A stretch of 64,000 nt of DNA, taken from positions 96,843-160,842 of the forward strand of contig CAWBOA010000014.1 of NCBI GenBank assembly GCA_963790255.1, read 5' to 3'. This stretch comes from an uncultured Chloroflexia bacterium. GTDB taxonomy: Bacteria; Chloroflexota; Limnocylindria; QHBO01. The position numbers were made by a program, and so were the translations under genes. Within the stretch, counting starts at the first letter, position 1. Every line of letters starts with the position of its first letter. Below are positions 30,134 through 39,246 of this stretch, piece after piece. The notes beneath the pieces were generated by a model. The model was not told the DNA's origin. It did no database searches and saw nothing but the letters and a program-made list of their open reading frames with translations.

Positions 30134-30207
30134 GGGCCGCCGATTCTACCGGCGGATCGGTCGGGCGGCCTAACGCCGATTTGACACTCGATCGCTACGA
30201 TCTGCTC

Positions 30208-30666
30208 ATGGAGACGCGTCGCGTCCTGTTCGTCTGCACCCACAACAGCGCTCGCTCCCAGATGGCCGAGGCGATGCTCAACGCCTGGGGCGACGGACGC
30301 TTCCAGGCGTTCAGCGCCGGGACCGAGGCGACCGGCATCAAGCCGGAGACTGTCCAGGTCATGGATGAGATCGGGATCGACCTTTCCGACCACCGCAGCA
30401 AGACGGTCGATGAGTTCCGCGGTCAGGCGTTCGACTGGTTCATCACGGTGTGCGACGAGGCTCAGCAGAACTGCCCCGTGCTGCCGGGCGTCCGTGACGT
30501 GGCTCATTGGAGCATCGAGGATCCATCCGCGGCCACCGGCAGCCCCGAGGAGCGGCTGGCGGTCTTCCGCGCGGCGCGCGATCACATTCGGAACCGGCTG
30601 CGCCTCTTCATGCTCGCCGCCGGCCGCGCCGACCTGCCGGCTCCGGAACGATCGACGCTGGGCTGA
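30208..30666 (+). CDS. arsC: arsenate reductase, LMW-PTP/thioredoxin-coupled type
   Basis: METRRVLFVCTHNSARSQMAEAML, the CX5R P-loop of ArsC/LMW phosphatases, plus downstream Cys. Confidence 0.85.
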   Translation: METRRVLFVCTHNSARSQMAEAMLNAWGDGRFQAFSAGTEATGIKPETVQVMDEIGIDLSDHRSKTVDEFRGQAFDWFITVCDEAQQNCPVLPGVRDVAHWSIEDPSAATGSPEERLAVFRAARDHIRNRLRLFMLAAGRADLPAPERSTLG

Positions 30667-30669
30667 GGC

Positions 30670-31495
30670 TCAGCAGCAGCCGCCGCTCCCGCAGCCGCAA
30701 CCGGCCATGGCCAGCTCGGTGGCCGGCGGGGAGATCGCGGGCGTCGTTGCCCCCGGTCGGCTTCGTTGCCCGCGCGATGACGCTGTGCATGCCGTCGGTC
30801 ACCTGGTGGGTGGTGGTGAGCGAGACATCGGCCAAGCCGGCGGAGACTAGACCTGCCTCGAACTCGGCGTACGAGAGGGCTCCCGCGATGCAGCCGACAT
30901 ACGAGCCCCGTTCGGCGCGCTCCTCGGCGCTGAGCCGGTCCTCGGCCACGATGTCGGTGATGCCGATTCGGCCGCCGGGGCGCAGGACGCGGGCGATCTC
31001 GTCGAAGACGGCCGCCTTGTCCGCCGCCAGGTTGACGACGCAGTTGCTGATCACGACATCGACCGAATCTGCCGGGAGCGGGATGGCCTCGATGTGGCCC
31101 TTGAGGAACTCCACGTTCGTGGCGCCGGCATCTGCGGCATTGCGCTGCGCGAGTCCGAGCATCTCGTCGGTCATGTCAAGCCCGAAGGCCCGTCCGGTCG
31201 GCCCAACGCGCTTCGCCGACAGCAGCACGTCGATGCCGCCGCCGGAGCCGAGGTCGAGCACGCGCTCCCCCGGCTGCAGGTCGGCGACGGCGGTGGGATT
31301 GCCGCAGCCGAGCGAGGCGAGGACCGCCGCATCGGGCAGCTCGTCGCGCTCAAGGGCGCTGTAGAGGCCGGCGCCGATGCCGTCCTCCGGCCCGCAGCAC
31401 GCGCCGGAGCCGGTGGCCGCCTGAGTCGCGGCCGCCGCGTAGCGCTGTCTCACGGCCTCGTGAATCTGCCCGGCCTGATCGATCGTGTCCGTCAT
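30670..31495 (-). CDS. arsM: arsenite S-adenosylmethionine methyltransferase; frameshift near 30725-30770 restores a C-terminal MAGCGCGSGGCC tail
   Basis: From MTDTIDQAG: CCGP...LGCGNP As-binding cysteines; SAM motif VLDLGSGGGIDV; RIGITDIVAE. The Cys-rich C-terminus lies in an alternative frame. Confidence 0.8.
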
Positions 31496-31515
31496 CGGAG
31501 TGCCTCCTGCTGAGC

Positions 31516-31806
31516 TCAGCTGACCTGGACGAGGCCGGCGAGGCTGGCGCCGATCTCGGACCATCGGCGCGTGAAGTCGGGGGCCAGGGTGTAGACGATG
31601 TTCGTCCCCTGCCGCTCGCTGGTGACCACCCCGGCGTCGCGCAGCACCTTCAGGTGGTGGCTGATCGTCGGCTGGCTCACGGTGCAGCACTCGCTGAAGT
31701 CGCAGGCGCAGATGCCGTCGTTCTCGACGAGCTGCCGGACGAACGAGAGCCGGACCGGATCGGCCAGCGCCGAGAGCAGCCGCACGTCGGGGTCGTAGGT
31801 CTTCAT
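31516..31806 (-). CDS. arsR: ArsR/SmtB-family metalloregulator
   Basis: 96 aa; ICACDFSECCTVSQPTISHHLKVL (metal-binding Cys plus wHTH). Confidence 0.9.
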   Translation of the reverse strand: MKTYDPDVRLLSALADPVRLSFVRQLVENDGICACDFSECCTVSQPTISHHLKVLRDAGVVTSERQGTNIVYTLAPDFTRRWSEIGASLAGLVQVS

Positions 31807-31833
31807 CGGTCCGAACTATATCGATGTTCATCC

Positions 31834-31853
31834 ATATTGACAAGCATCAATAT
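31834..31853. promoter_or_regulatory. AT-rich palindrome ATATTGA-N6-TCAATAT in the arsR divergent promoter (putative ArsR operator)
   Basis: Perfect 7-nt inverted repeat in a locally AT-rich 40-bp island, 28 nt upstream of the arsR start. Confidence 0.55.
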
Positions 31854-31891
31854 CCACCCTACGGTGGCGTCTCACATCCGAGGAACCACCG

Positions 31892-32050
31892 ATGAACGTG
31901 ACGTACCAGCTCCTCGCCTCGGCCCATGAGGCCGACCTGCTACGCGAGGCACACGACCGACGGCTGAAGGATGACCTCTGCACCTGCGGCCGTCGCCTGC
32001 TCGGCATCCTCCCGATTCGCGAGCCCTGCGACGACCGGTCCACCCCGTAG
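31892..32050 (+). CDS. 52-aa small ORF (MNVTYQLLASAHEADLLREAHDRRLKDDLCTCGRRLLGILPIREPCDDRSTP)
   Basis: Weak SD (gagg). Four cysteines including CTCG. Sits directly after the ArsR operator. Not in the ORF track. Confidence 0.25.
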   Translation: MNVTYQLLASAHEADLLREAHDRRLKDDLCTCGRRLLGILPIREPCDDRSTP

Positions 32051-32072
32051 CAACCGAGAGGAGGTGAGGACG

Positions 32073-32135
32073 ATGCGTTTCGACGGTTGCTGTGATGGAG
32101 CCTGCGATTGCGAGTGCGGTCCCGGCTGCTGCTGA
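32073..32135 (+). CDS. 20-aa cysteine-rich peptide MRFDGCCDGACDCECGPGCC (8 Cys), metallothionein-like
   Basis: Strong SD gagaggaggtgagg 5 nt upstream of ATG; 40% Cys. Between the ArsR operator and the DUF47-pit operon. Not in the ORF track. Confidence 0.4.
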   Translation: MRFDGCCDGACDCECGPGCC

Positions 32136-32231
32136 CGAGCGTGCGCGTGGGCGAGTATCGTGGGCGCGCCGGAGACCGATGGAGGGGCCATCGGCCACGC
32201 GCGTCAGCCCGCGGGGTTCGAGCACTCGCCC

Positions 32232-32849
32232 ATGCGCCTTCCCTTCATTCCCCGCGAGGAGAAGTTCTTCGAGCTCTTCGTGGACGACGCGCGCAACGTC
32301 GTCGGCGGTGCGCGGATGCTCGAGGAGTTCTTCCGCTCGTACGACCACCGCGAGCGGCTGGCGAGCCAGCTGCGGGATCTCGAGCGCCAGGGTGACGGCA
32401 TCAGCCACGACATCGGCCAGAAGCTCGAGCACACCTTCGTCACGCCGTTCGACCGCGAGGACATCCATCAGCTGATCAGCCGCCTCGACGACGTGCTCGA
32501 CTTCATCGAGGAAGTGGCCGACACCTGCATCCTCTACAAGATCGACGCGCCGACGCCGACGGCCCAGCAGCAGGCCGAGATCATCACCAAGCAGTGCGAG
32601 GAGATCCTCCGCGCGCTCGAGAAGCTCAAGGGCTTCAAGGACATCGCCCCCCACTGGATCGAGATCCATCGGCTCGAGAACGAGGGCGACCGGATCGTCA
32701 GGCAGGCCATGGCCGACCTCTTCACCAACGGCGCCGATCCGATGGAGGTGATCAAGTGGAAGGACATGTACGCACTCCTCGAGGACACGATCGACGCGTG
32801 TGAGGATGTCGCGAACGTGATCGAGAGGATCGTCGTCAAGCATGCCTGA
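32232..32849 (+). CDS. DUF47 (PhoU-like) protein partnered with Pit
   Basis: From MRLPFIPREEKFFELF; the classic DUF47-PitA gene pair. Confidence 0.8.
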   Translation: MRLPFIPREEKFFELFVDDARNVVGGARMLEEFFRSYDHRERLASQLRDLERQGDGISHDIGQKLEHTFVTPFDREDIHQLISRLDDVLDFIEEVADTCILYKIDAPTPTAQQQAEIITKQCEEILRALEKLKGFKDIAPHWIEIHRLENEGDRIVRQAMADLFTNGADPMEVIKWKDMYALLEDTIDACEDVANVIERIVVKHA

Positions 32850-33858
32850 GGGCCTGCTGCCCGAGGGGTTCACGCTCACCCTCGTCGTCGTCCTCATCCT
32901 GGCGGTCGCGTTCGACTACATCAACGGCTTCCACGACACGGCGAACGCGATCGCCACCAGCGTCAGCACGCGCGCCCTTCGCCCGGGATGGGCGATCGCG
33001 ATGAGCGCGGCGGCCAACTTCACCGGCGCGCTGGTCGGCCTGGAGGTGGCGCGCACCGTCAGCTCCGGGATCATCGACACGAACGTCGAGTCGCAGACGG
33101 TGATTGCGGCCGCGCTGGTCGGGGCGATCACCTGGAACCTGCTGACCTGGCGCCTCGGGATCCCATCGTCCTCGAGCCATGCGCTCATCGGCGGACTGCT
33201 CGGCGCGGCGCTCATCTCGGCCGGCATCGGCTCGTGGCAGATGGACGGCGTGCTCGTCAAGGTCCTGCTGCCGCTCTTCGCCTCACCGTTCATCGGCTTC
33301 GTTGTGGGGCTGTTGTTGATGGGGCTGCTCTTCAACATCTTCCGGCGGTCCCATCCGGGCCGGCTCAATGCCGGCTTTCGCCGGCTCCAGGTGCTGTCGG
33401 CTGCGTTCATGGCGTTCAGCCACGGCAGCAACGATGCGCAGAAGACGATGGGGATCATGACGCTCGCCCTCGTCACCGCGGGCATCCAGACGACCTTCGA
33501 TCCCCCGCTCTGGGTCATCCTCACGGCCGCGACCGCCCTCAGCCTGGGGACCGCCGCGGGAGGCTGGCGGATCATTCACACGATGGGCACCAAGGTCGTG
33601 AAGCTCGACCCCGTTCACGGGTTCGCGGCAGAGACCACCGCGGCCACGATCATCATCGGCGCGTCGCACTTCGGAATGCCGGTGAGCACCACCCACGTGA
33701 TCAGCTCGGCGATCATGGGCGTCGGCTCGTCGGACCGGCTGAAGACGGTGCGGTGGAGCGTCGCCCGCTCGATCGTGACGGCCTGGATCCTCACCATCCC
33801 CGCCTCCGGCACCACCGCCGCCGTCGCCTACCTGATCCTCAGCCCGATCCTGGGGTAG
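32842..33858 (+). CDS. pit: inorganic phosphate transporter, PiT family
   Basis: Duplicated GFHDTANAIATSV / GSNDAQKTMGI PiT signature motifs. Confidence 0.9.
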   Translation: MPEGLLPEGFTLTLVVVLILAVAFDYINGFHDTANAIATSVSTRALRPGWAIAMSAAANFTGALVGLEVARTVSSGIIDTNVESQTVIAAALVGAITWNLLTWRLGIPSSSSHALIGGLLGAALISAGIGSWQMDGVLVKVLLPLFASPFIGFVVGLLLMGLLFNIFRRSHPGRLNAGFRRLQVLSAAFMAFSHGSNDAQKTMGIMTLALVTAGIQTTFDPPLWVILTAATALSLGTAAGGWRIIHTMGTKVVKLDPVHGFAAETTAATIIIGASHFGMPVSTTHVISSAIMGVGSSDRLKTVRWSVARSIVTAWILTIPASGTTAAVAYLILSPILG

Positions 33859-33867
33859 CGCCACCGA

Positions 33868-33914
33868 GCGCGCTTAACCCACCTTTGACGCTCCGATAAG
33901 AAGGGGTTAAGCGC
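33868..33914. promoter_or_regulatory. 11-bp perfect inverted repeat GCGCTTAACCC...GGGTTAAGCGC between pit and pstS
   Basis: The two arms are separated by ~25 nt. Could be a pit terminator or a pst operator. Confidence 0.3.
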
Positions 33915-33995
33915 CTTCGCCGAGGCTCATGGCGTGAACGTGTGCCCGATCGCGCCACCCGGCCGCGTGGGCGCGCCACAATCGGAGGATCTGCA

Positions 33996-35021
33996 TTGAA
34001 TTCGACCCGCGGCGGGCTGCGCCCCGCATTCGCGATCGCCATGGTGGCCACCCTCGCCCTCGCGGCCTGCTCCAGCAACCCCGACAACGGCGGCAACGGC
34101 GGAGATGGCCTGAGTGGCGAGATCGTCGTCTCGGGCTCATCGACCGTCGAGCCGATCACTTCGATCGTGATCGAGGACTTCACCGCTGCCAACAGCGGCG
34201 TCGAGGGCTCGGTGGACGGCCCCGGCACCGGTGACGGCTTCGCGCTGTTCTGCGCCGGCGAGATCGACATCGCGGACGCGTCGCGCCCGATCAGCGAGGA
34301 AGAGGTCGCGCTGTGCGAGGAGGCCGGCGTCACCTATGTCGAGCTCCAGGTCGGGATCGATGGCATCAGCATCATCACCTCCCCGGAGAACGACGCCGTC
34401 AGCTGCCTGAGCTTCGCGGACCTGTACGCCTTGACCGGTCCCGAGTCGCAGGGCTTCGACAACTGGTCCGATGCCGACGCGTTGGCTGAGGAGATCGGCT
34501 CCGGAGACTTCGGCGAGGTTCACGCGCCCTTCCCGGCCGATGCAGCCCTGACGATCACGGCGCCCGGCGAGGAGTCCGGGACGTACGACACCTACGTCGA
34601 GTTCGTCGTGGCCGATCTGGCGGAGGAGCGCGGCGCCGACGAGGCGACCCGGCCGGACTACCAGACCGCCGCCGACGACAACGTCATCATCGAGAACGTG
34701 TCCGGCGCGCCGAGCACCCTCGGGTGGGTTGGCTTCGCCTTCGCCGACGAGAACGCCGACGCGGTGAAGTCGATCGAGGTGGACGGCGGAGACGGGTGCG
34801 TGGCTCCCACCGCGGAGACGATCGCGTCAGGTGAGTACCCGATGAGCCGACCGCTCTTCATCTACGTGAATGCGACCGAGGCGGATGCCCGTCCCGAGCT
34901 CGCGAGCTTCGTCGACTTCTTCCTCTCGGACGAGGGAATCGCCGCGGTGACGGAGGCCGACTACGTGGCGCTGGATGCCGCGGCCCTGGAGGAGACCCGC
35001 GCGGCGTGGGAGGGCCGCTGA
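33996..35021 (+). CDS. pstS: phosphate ABC transporter substrate-binding lipoprotein
   Basis: TTG start 6 nt after ggagga. Lipobox LALAAC. PstS-type fold motifs (VVSGSSTVEPI, DIADASRPI). Confidence 0.85.
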   Translation: MNSTRGGLRPAFAIAMVATLALAACSSNPDNGGNGGDGLSGEIVVSGSSTVEPITSIVIEDFTAANSGVEGSVDGPGTGDGFALFCAGEIDIADASRPISEEEVALCEEAGVTYVELQVGIDGISIITSPENDAVSCLSFADLYALTGPESQGFDNWSDADALAEEIGSGDFGEVHAPFPADAALTITAPGEESGTYDTYVEFVVADLAEERGADEATRPDYQTAADDNVIIENVSGAPSTLGWVGFAFADENADAVKSIEVDGGDGCVAPTAETIASGEYPMSRPLFIYVNATEADARPELASFVDFFLSDEGIAAVTEADYVALDAAALEETRAAWEGR

Positions 35022-35043
35022 CGCGGGATAGGATGACGATCAG

Positions 35044-35985
35044 ATGACGGCCACGCCCATCCGCCCGGCGTCCCCCCTCATCCCGGAGGACCTCCAGATC
35101 GCGCGCGGCCGCCGTCGCCGTGAGAGCGTCGTGCGAGCCTTCTTCCTCGCGGCCGCCGGCCTGTCGATCGTGGTCAGCCTGGCCATCATCCTGTCGCTCG
35201 TCGGAAACGCCCTGTACTTCTTCATCAACGTCGACAAGGGCGCGCTCGTCACCGACGGGTGGTTCCCGCGACGTGGGCTGTACGACATCGCCACGATCGT
35301 GGCCGGGACCCTCATCATCAGCGGTGTCGCGATGCTCGTGGCGGCTCCGCTTGGCCTCGGGGCGGCGGTCTACCTCTCCGAGTACGCCGGCTCGCGGGTG
35401 AGACGCTGGCTGAAGCCGGTCCTCGAGATCCTCGCCTCGATTCCAAGCGTGGTGCTGGGCTTCTTCGCCCTGACCTGGATCAGTCCGAACCTCGTGCAGC
35501 CCCTCACTGGCGCGCCGCTCTCGAACATGGCCGCGGCCGGGCTGGCGGTCGGGATCCTCATCACGCCGCTTGTGGCCTCGATCAGCGAGGACGCCATGCA
35601 CGCTGTGCCCGGCTACCTGCGAGAGGCGGCGTACGGGCTTGGCGCGCGGAAGCGCACGACCAGCCTTCGAGTCGTGGTGCCTGCGGCCGTGTCCGGCATC
35701 GTCGCCGCGCTCCTTCTCGGGGTCTCGCGGGCCATTGGCGAGACGATGATCGTCTCCATCGCCGCCGGCGGCACCGGCGGCTCGCTCTTCGAGTCCAATC
35801 CCTTCGAGCCAGGCCAGACGATGACCGCCGCCATGACGGCGCTCGCCATCGGCTCCGACCAGGTCCGCGGTGCGGCGCTCACCTTCGAGAGCCTCTTCTT
35901 CGTCGGCCTCCTGCTGTTTCTCATGACGCTCGCGCTCAACCTCCTCAGTGACGCCTTCGTGCGTCGCGTGCGGAGCGCGTACTGA
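35044..35985 (+). CDS. pstC: phosphate ABC transporter permease
   Basis: 313 aa, 6 TM, EAA-like loop. Confidence 0.85.
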   Translation: MTATPIRPASPLIPEDLQIARGRRRRESVVRAFFLAAAGLSIVVSLAIILSLVGNALYFFINVDKGALVTDGWFPRRGLYDIATIVAGTLIISGVAMLVAAPLGLGAAVYLSEYAGSRVRRWLKPVLEILASIPSVVLGFFALTWISPNLVQPLTGAPLSNMAAAGLAVGILITPLVASISEDAMHAVPGYLREAAYGLGARKRTTSLRVVVPAAVSGIVAALLLGVSRAIGETMIVSIAAGGTGGSLFESNPFEPGQTMTAAMTALAIGSDQVRGAALTFESLFFVGLLLFLMTLALNLLSDAFVRRVRSAY

Positions 35986-36899
35986 TGACCGCCGGCACCC
36001 AGGCGATCCCAGCACGCGAGGCGGTCGAGGCCCGCCTGCGGGGCGGTGGCGGCGACCGGGTCGGGCTGGTGGTGCAGGCGGCGCTGCTGCTCTCTCTCCT
36101 GGTGGCCCTCGGGGTCCTGGTCGTCCTCGTGGCGGACATCGTCATTCGCGCCATTCCGGTCCTCGAGCGCCCGGGCGACTTCCTGACATCACCGCTGTCA
36201 TCGCGTCCGGCGCGGGCCGGCATCCTCCAGGGCATCCTTGGCTCGGTGCTCCTGATGGTGATCGTGGCCGTGGTCGCGCTCCCGCTGGGCATCGGTGCGG
36301 CGGTCTACCTCGAGGAGTACGCGCGCGACACGTGGCCCTCCCGCCTCATCAGGACGAATATCCGCAACCTCGCCGGGGTGCCAGCCATCGTGTACGGCCT
36401 CCTTGGCCTGGCCGTCTTCGTGAGCACCGTCGGCCTCGGCAAGACCCTCATTGCCGGCGCGCTGACGCTGTCCGTCCTGATCCTGCCGATCGTCGTCATC
36501 ACCACCTCCGAGGCCCTGCGCGCGGTCCCGATGAGCATTCGGGAGGCGGCTCTCGCGGTCGGCGCCACAAGATGGGAGACGATCCGCGAGCACGTCCTCC
36601 CCTATGCCGCCCCCGGCATCCTGACTGGGACGATCCTGTCGCTGGCGCGCGCCTTCGGCGAGACGGCCCCGCTGCTCATGGTCGGCGCGGTCGCCGGCAC
36701 GTTCACCAGCACCGCGGTCGGCGACATGCTGGGTGGCTCCTATACCTCCCTCCCGACGATCGTGTTCGACTGGTCCGGCAAGCCGCAGGACGAGTTCCGG
36801 GCGCTCACGGCGGCCGCGATCGTGGTGCTCCTCCTCGTCATCCTGCTCGTCAACGCGGGCGCGATCCTCCTCCGCAACCGATACGACCGAAAGTGGTGA
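35985..36899 (+). CDS. pstA: phosphate ABC transporter permease
   Basis: 304 aa; a second permease coupled to pstC. Confidence 0.85.
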   Translation: MTAGTQAIPAREAVEARLRGGGGDRVGLVVQAALLLSLLVALGVLVVLVADIVIRAIPVLERPGDFLTSPLSSRPARAGILQGILGSVLLMVIVAVVALPLGIGAAVYLEEYARDTWPSRLIRTNIRNLAGVPAIVYGLLGLAVFVSTVGLGKTLIAGALTLSVLILPIVVITTSEALRAVPMSIREAALAVGATRWETIREHVLPYAAPGILTGTILSLARAFGETAPLLMVGAVAGTFTSTAVGDMLGGSYTSLPTIVFDWSGKPQDEFRALTAAAIVVLLLVILLVNAGAILLRNRYDRKW

Positions 36900-36902
36900 C
36901 CG

Positions 36903-37826
36903 ATGACCGTCGACACTGAGCCCACACCGACCCCGGTCGCTGAGCAGAGCGATGACCGAGGGCCGACAATACGGCTCGTGAGCACGCGCCTCGAGCTCGA
37001 CGAGTCCGAGCAGATCGCCCCGGGGCCGACCGGCAGGCCGGCGGCGATGGAGGTCGGTGATGCGGAGACCGTCTTCGAGCTGGCCGAGCTCTCGTGCTTC
37101 TACGGATCGTTCCGGGCCGTGCGGGACATCAGCCTGCGCATCCCGAAGAACCAGATCACCGCGATCATCGGCCCGTCCGGATGCGGAAAGAGCACCCTGC
37201 TGCGCAGCTTCAACCGGATGAACGACCTCGTCGACAGCGCCCGCATCGAGGGCAGCATCCGCTACCACGGGGTCGATCTCTACGGTGACGGCATCGACCC
37301 GGTCGAGGTCCGACGTCGGATCGGAATGGTCTTCCAGAAGCCAAACCCGTTCCCGAAGTCGATCTACGACAACGTCGCGTTCGGTCCGCGCGTGGCCGGC
37401 TTCAAGGGCGACATGGATGCGCTGGTCGAGTCGTCGCTGCGGCGCGCGGCGCTGTGGGATGACGTCAAGGACAAGCTGCGTCAGCCCGGGACCACGCTGT
37501 CGGGCGGGCAGCAGCAGCGGCTGTGCATCGCCCGCGCCATCGCCGTCGAGCCCGAGGTGATCCTCATGGACGAGCCGTGCAGCGCGCTCGACCCGATCGC
37601 CACCCTGCGCATCGAGGAGCTGATGCGCGAGCTGAAGGAGAACTACACGATCGTGATCGTCACGCACAACATGCAGCAGGCGGCGCGAGCGAGCGACGTC
37701 ACCGCCTTCCTGACGATGGGCGAGGATCGCGCCGGGTACCTGGTGGAGATGGCGACCACTGATCAGCTCTTCACGCGGCCGGCGAACCAGCTGACCGAGG
37801 ACTACATCACCGGGCGCTTCGGGTGA
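36903..37826 (+). CDS. pstB: phosphate ABC transporter ATP-binding protein, with ~50-aa N-terminal extension
   Basis: [47 protein letters not shown]. Confidence 0.9.
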   Translation: MTVDTEPTPTPVAEQSDDRGPTIRLVSTRLELDESEQIAPGPTGRPAAMEVGDAETVFELAELSCFYGSFRAVRDISLRIPKNQITAIIGPSGCGKSTLLRSFNRMNDLVDSARIEGSIRYHGVDLYGDGIDPVEVRRRIGMVFQKPNPFPKSIYDNVAFGPRVAGFKGDMDALVESSLRRAALWDDVKDKLRQPGTTLSGGQQQRLCIARAIAVEPEVILMDEPCSALDPIATLRIEELMRELKENYTIVIVTHNMQQAARASDVTAFLTMGEDRAGYLVEMATTDQLFTRPANQLTEDYITGRFG

Positions 37827-37849
37827 CCGGCGCGAAGGGAGCCGAACCG

Positions 37850-38539
37850 ATGGAGATCAGCGACGACCGGCCGCACCATCAGGGCACGCGCGCGACGTTC
37901 GATCGCGCCCTGGACCGCGTGAAGGACGACGTGCTGCGCCTGGGCGCCCAGGTGGAGAGCGCCCTGGAGCAGGCCGGGCGCGCCCTCGTGTCGCGAGATC
38001 CCGACCTCGCCGACCGGGTGCGCTGGGCGGACGCCGAGGTCAATGAGCTGCAGCGCCAGATCAACACCGAGATCACCACCCTGATCGCCACCCAGGGACC
38101 GGTCGCGCGGGACGTGCGCGAGCTCCTGGCCCTGTACCACGCGGCGGCTGAGCTCGAGCGCATGGGCGACTACGCGGTCAACATCGCCAAGCTCGCCCAA
38201 CAGCTGGCGAGCGAGCCAGAGACCCCGATGCTGAAGCAGATCCCGCGCATGGAGCAGATCTGCCGCGAGCAGCTGCATGCCGCCATGCGAGCGCTGGTCG
38301 ACATCAGCGAGGCCGATGCGCGCGGGGTGGCAGAGCGCGACGACGAGATCGACCACCTCTATAACAGCGTCTACGAGGACGCCATGGAGATGATGGTCAC
38401 GGCGCCCGAGCGCGCCCGTCAGGCGACCCACATGCTCTTCGCGGCGCACCACCTGGAGCGGCTGGGTGACCGCGTCACGAACATCGGCGAGGATGTCGTC
38501 TACCTGGCCACCGGCCAGGTCGAGGACCTCAACCCCTGA
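37850..38539 (+). CDS. phoU: phosphate signalling complex protein PhoU
   Basis: Two PhoU repeats (ADAEVNELQRQI; ERMGDYAVNIAK / ERLGDRVTNIGE). Start at MEISDD after the gaagggag SD. Confidence 0.85.
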   Translation: MEISDDRPHHQGTRATFDRALDRVKDDVLRLGAQVESALEQAGRALVSRDPDLADRVRWADAEVNELQRQINTEITTLIATQGPVARDVRELLALYHAAAELERMGDYAVNIAKLAQQLASEPETPMLKQIPRMEQICREQLHAAMRALVDISEADARGVAERDDEIDHLYNSVYEDAMEMMVTAPERARQATHMLFAAHHLERLGDRVTNIGEDVVYLATGQVEDLNP

Positions 38540-38547
38540 GCGAACCG

Positions 38548-39246
38548 ATGCGACGGCGCCTGCTCCTGGTCGAGGACGATCCGACGCTCCGACAGGCCCT
38601 CACCTTCAATCTCACCCGCGAGGGATACGAGGTCACGACGGCGGCCGACGGTGAGGCGGCCCTCGAGGCCGGCCGCAGCGACCGCCTCGACCTCATCCTC
38701 CTCGACGTCATGCTGCCGGGGATGAGCGGCGTGGAGGTGCTGCGCGTGCTGCGCCGCGACGGGGTCACGACCCCGGTGATCATCCTCTCCGCCAAGGGCG
38801 ACGAGATCGACCGCGTCGTCGGGCTGAAGGTGGGCGCCGACGACTACGTCGCGAAGCCGTTCAGCCGCCCTGAGCTGCTGGCGCGCATCGAGGCTGTCCT
38901 GCGTCGGCGGCGGCGCGATGACCGCGAGCCGGAGCGACGCGAGGAGCTCGCCTTCGGCGGCGTTCACATCGACGTCGCGCGGCGCGAGGTGACCGTCGAC
39001 GGCGCCGCGATCCACCTCACGACCAAGGAGTTCGACCTCCTGGCGCACATGGCGGCGAACCCGGGCCGCATCTTCACCCGCGACCAGCTGCTGGCCCGGA
39101 TCTGGGGCTACGACTACGTCGGCGACGGTCGCACCGTCGACGTCCACGTCAGCTGGCTTCGGGGCAAGCTCCGAGGACATGAGGGGCGCAACTACTTCCG
39201 AACGGTCAGGGGCGTCGGATACGCCTTCGCCCCGGGCCCAGCGTGA
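38548..39246 (+). CDS. OmpR-family response regulator (PhoP/PhoB-like)
   Basis: REC domain (LLLVEDDPTL...LILLDVMLPGMSG) plus winged-helix (LTTKEFDLLAHMAANPGRIFTRDQLL...VDVHVSWLRGKL). Confidence 0.9.
   Translation: MRRRLLLVEDDPTLRQALTFNLTREGYEVTTAADGEAALEAGRSDRLDLILLDVMLPGMSGVEVLRVLRRDGVTTPVIILSAKGDEIDRVVGLKVGADDYVAKPFSRPELLARIEAVLRRRRRDDREPERREELAFGGVHIDVARREVTVDGAAIHLTTKEFDLLAHMAANPGRIFTRDQLLARIWGYDYVGDGRTVDVHVSWLRGKLRGHEGRNYFRTVRGVGYAFAPGPA

Noticed and set aside
31872-32897. 341-aa minus-strand ORF
   Set aside because: Antisense to the DUF47 gene and the small-ORF region; repeats of LE/DL are a mirror of the sense gene.
36198-37667. 489-aa minus-strand ORF
   Set aside because: Antisense to pstA/pstB.
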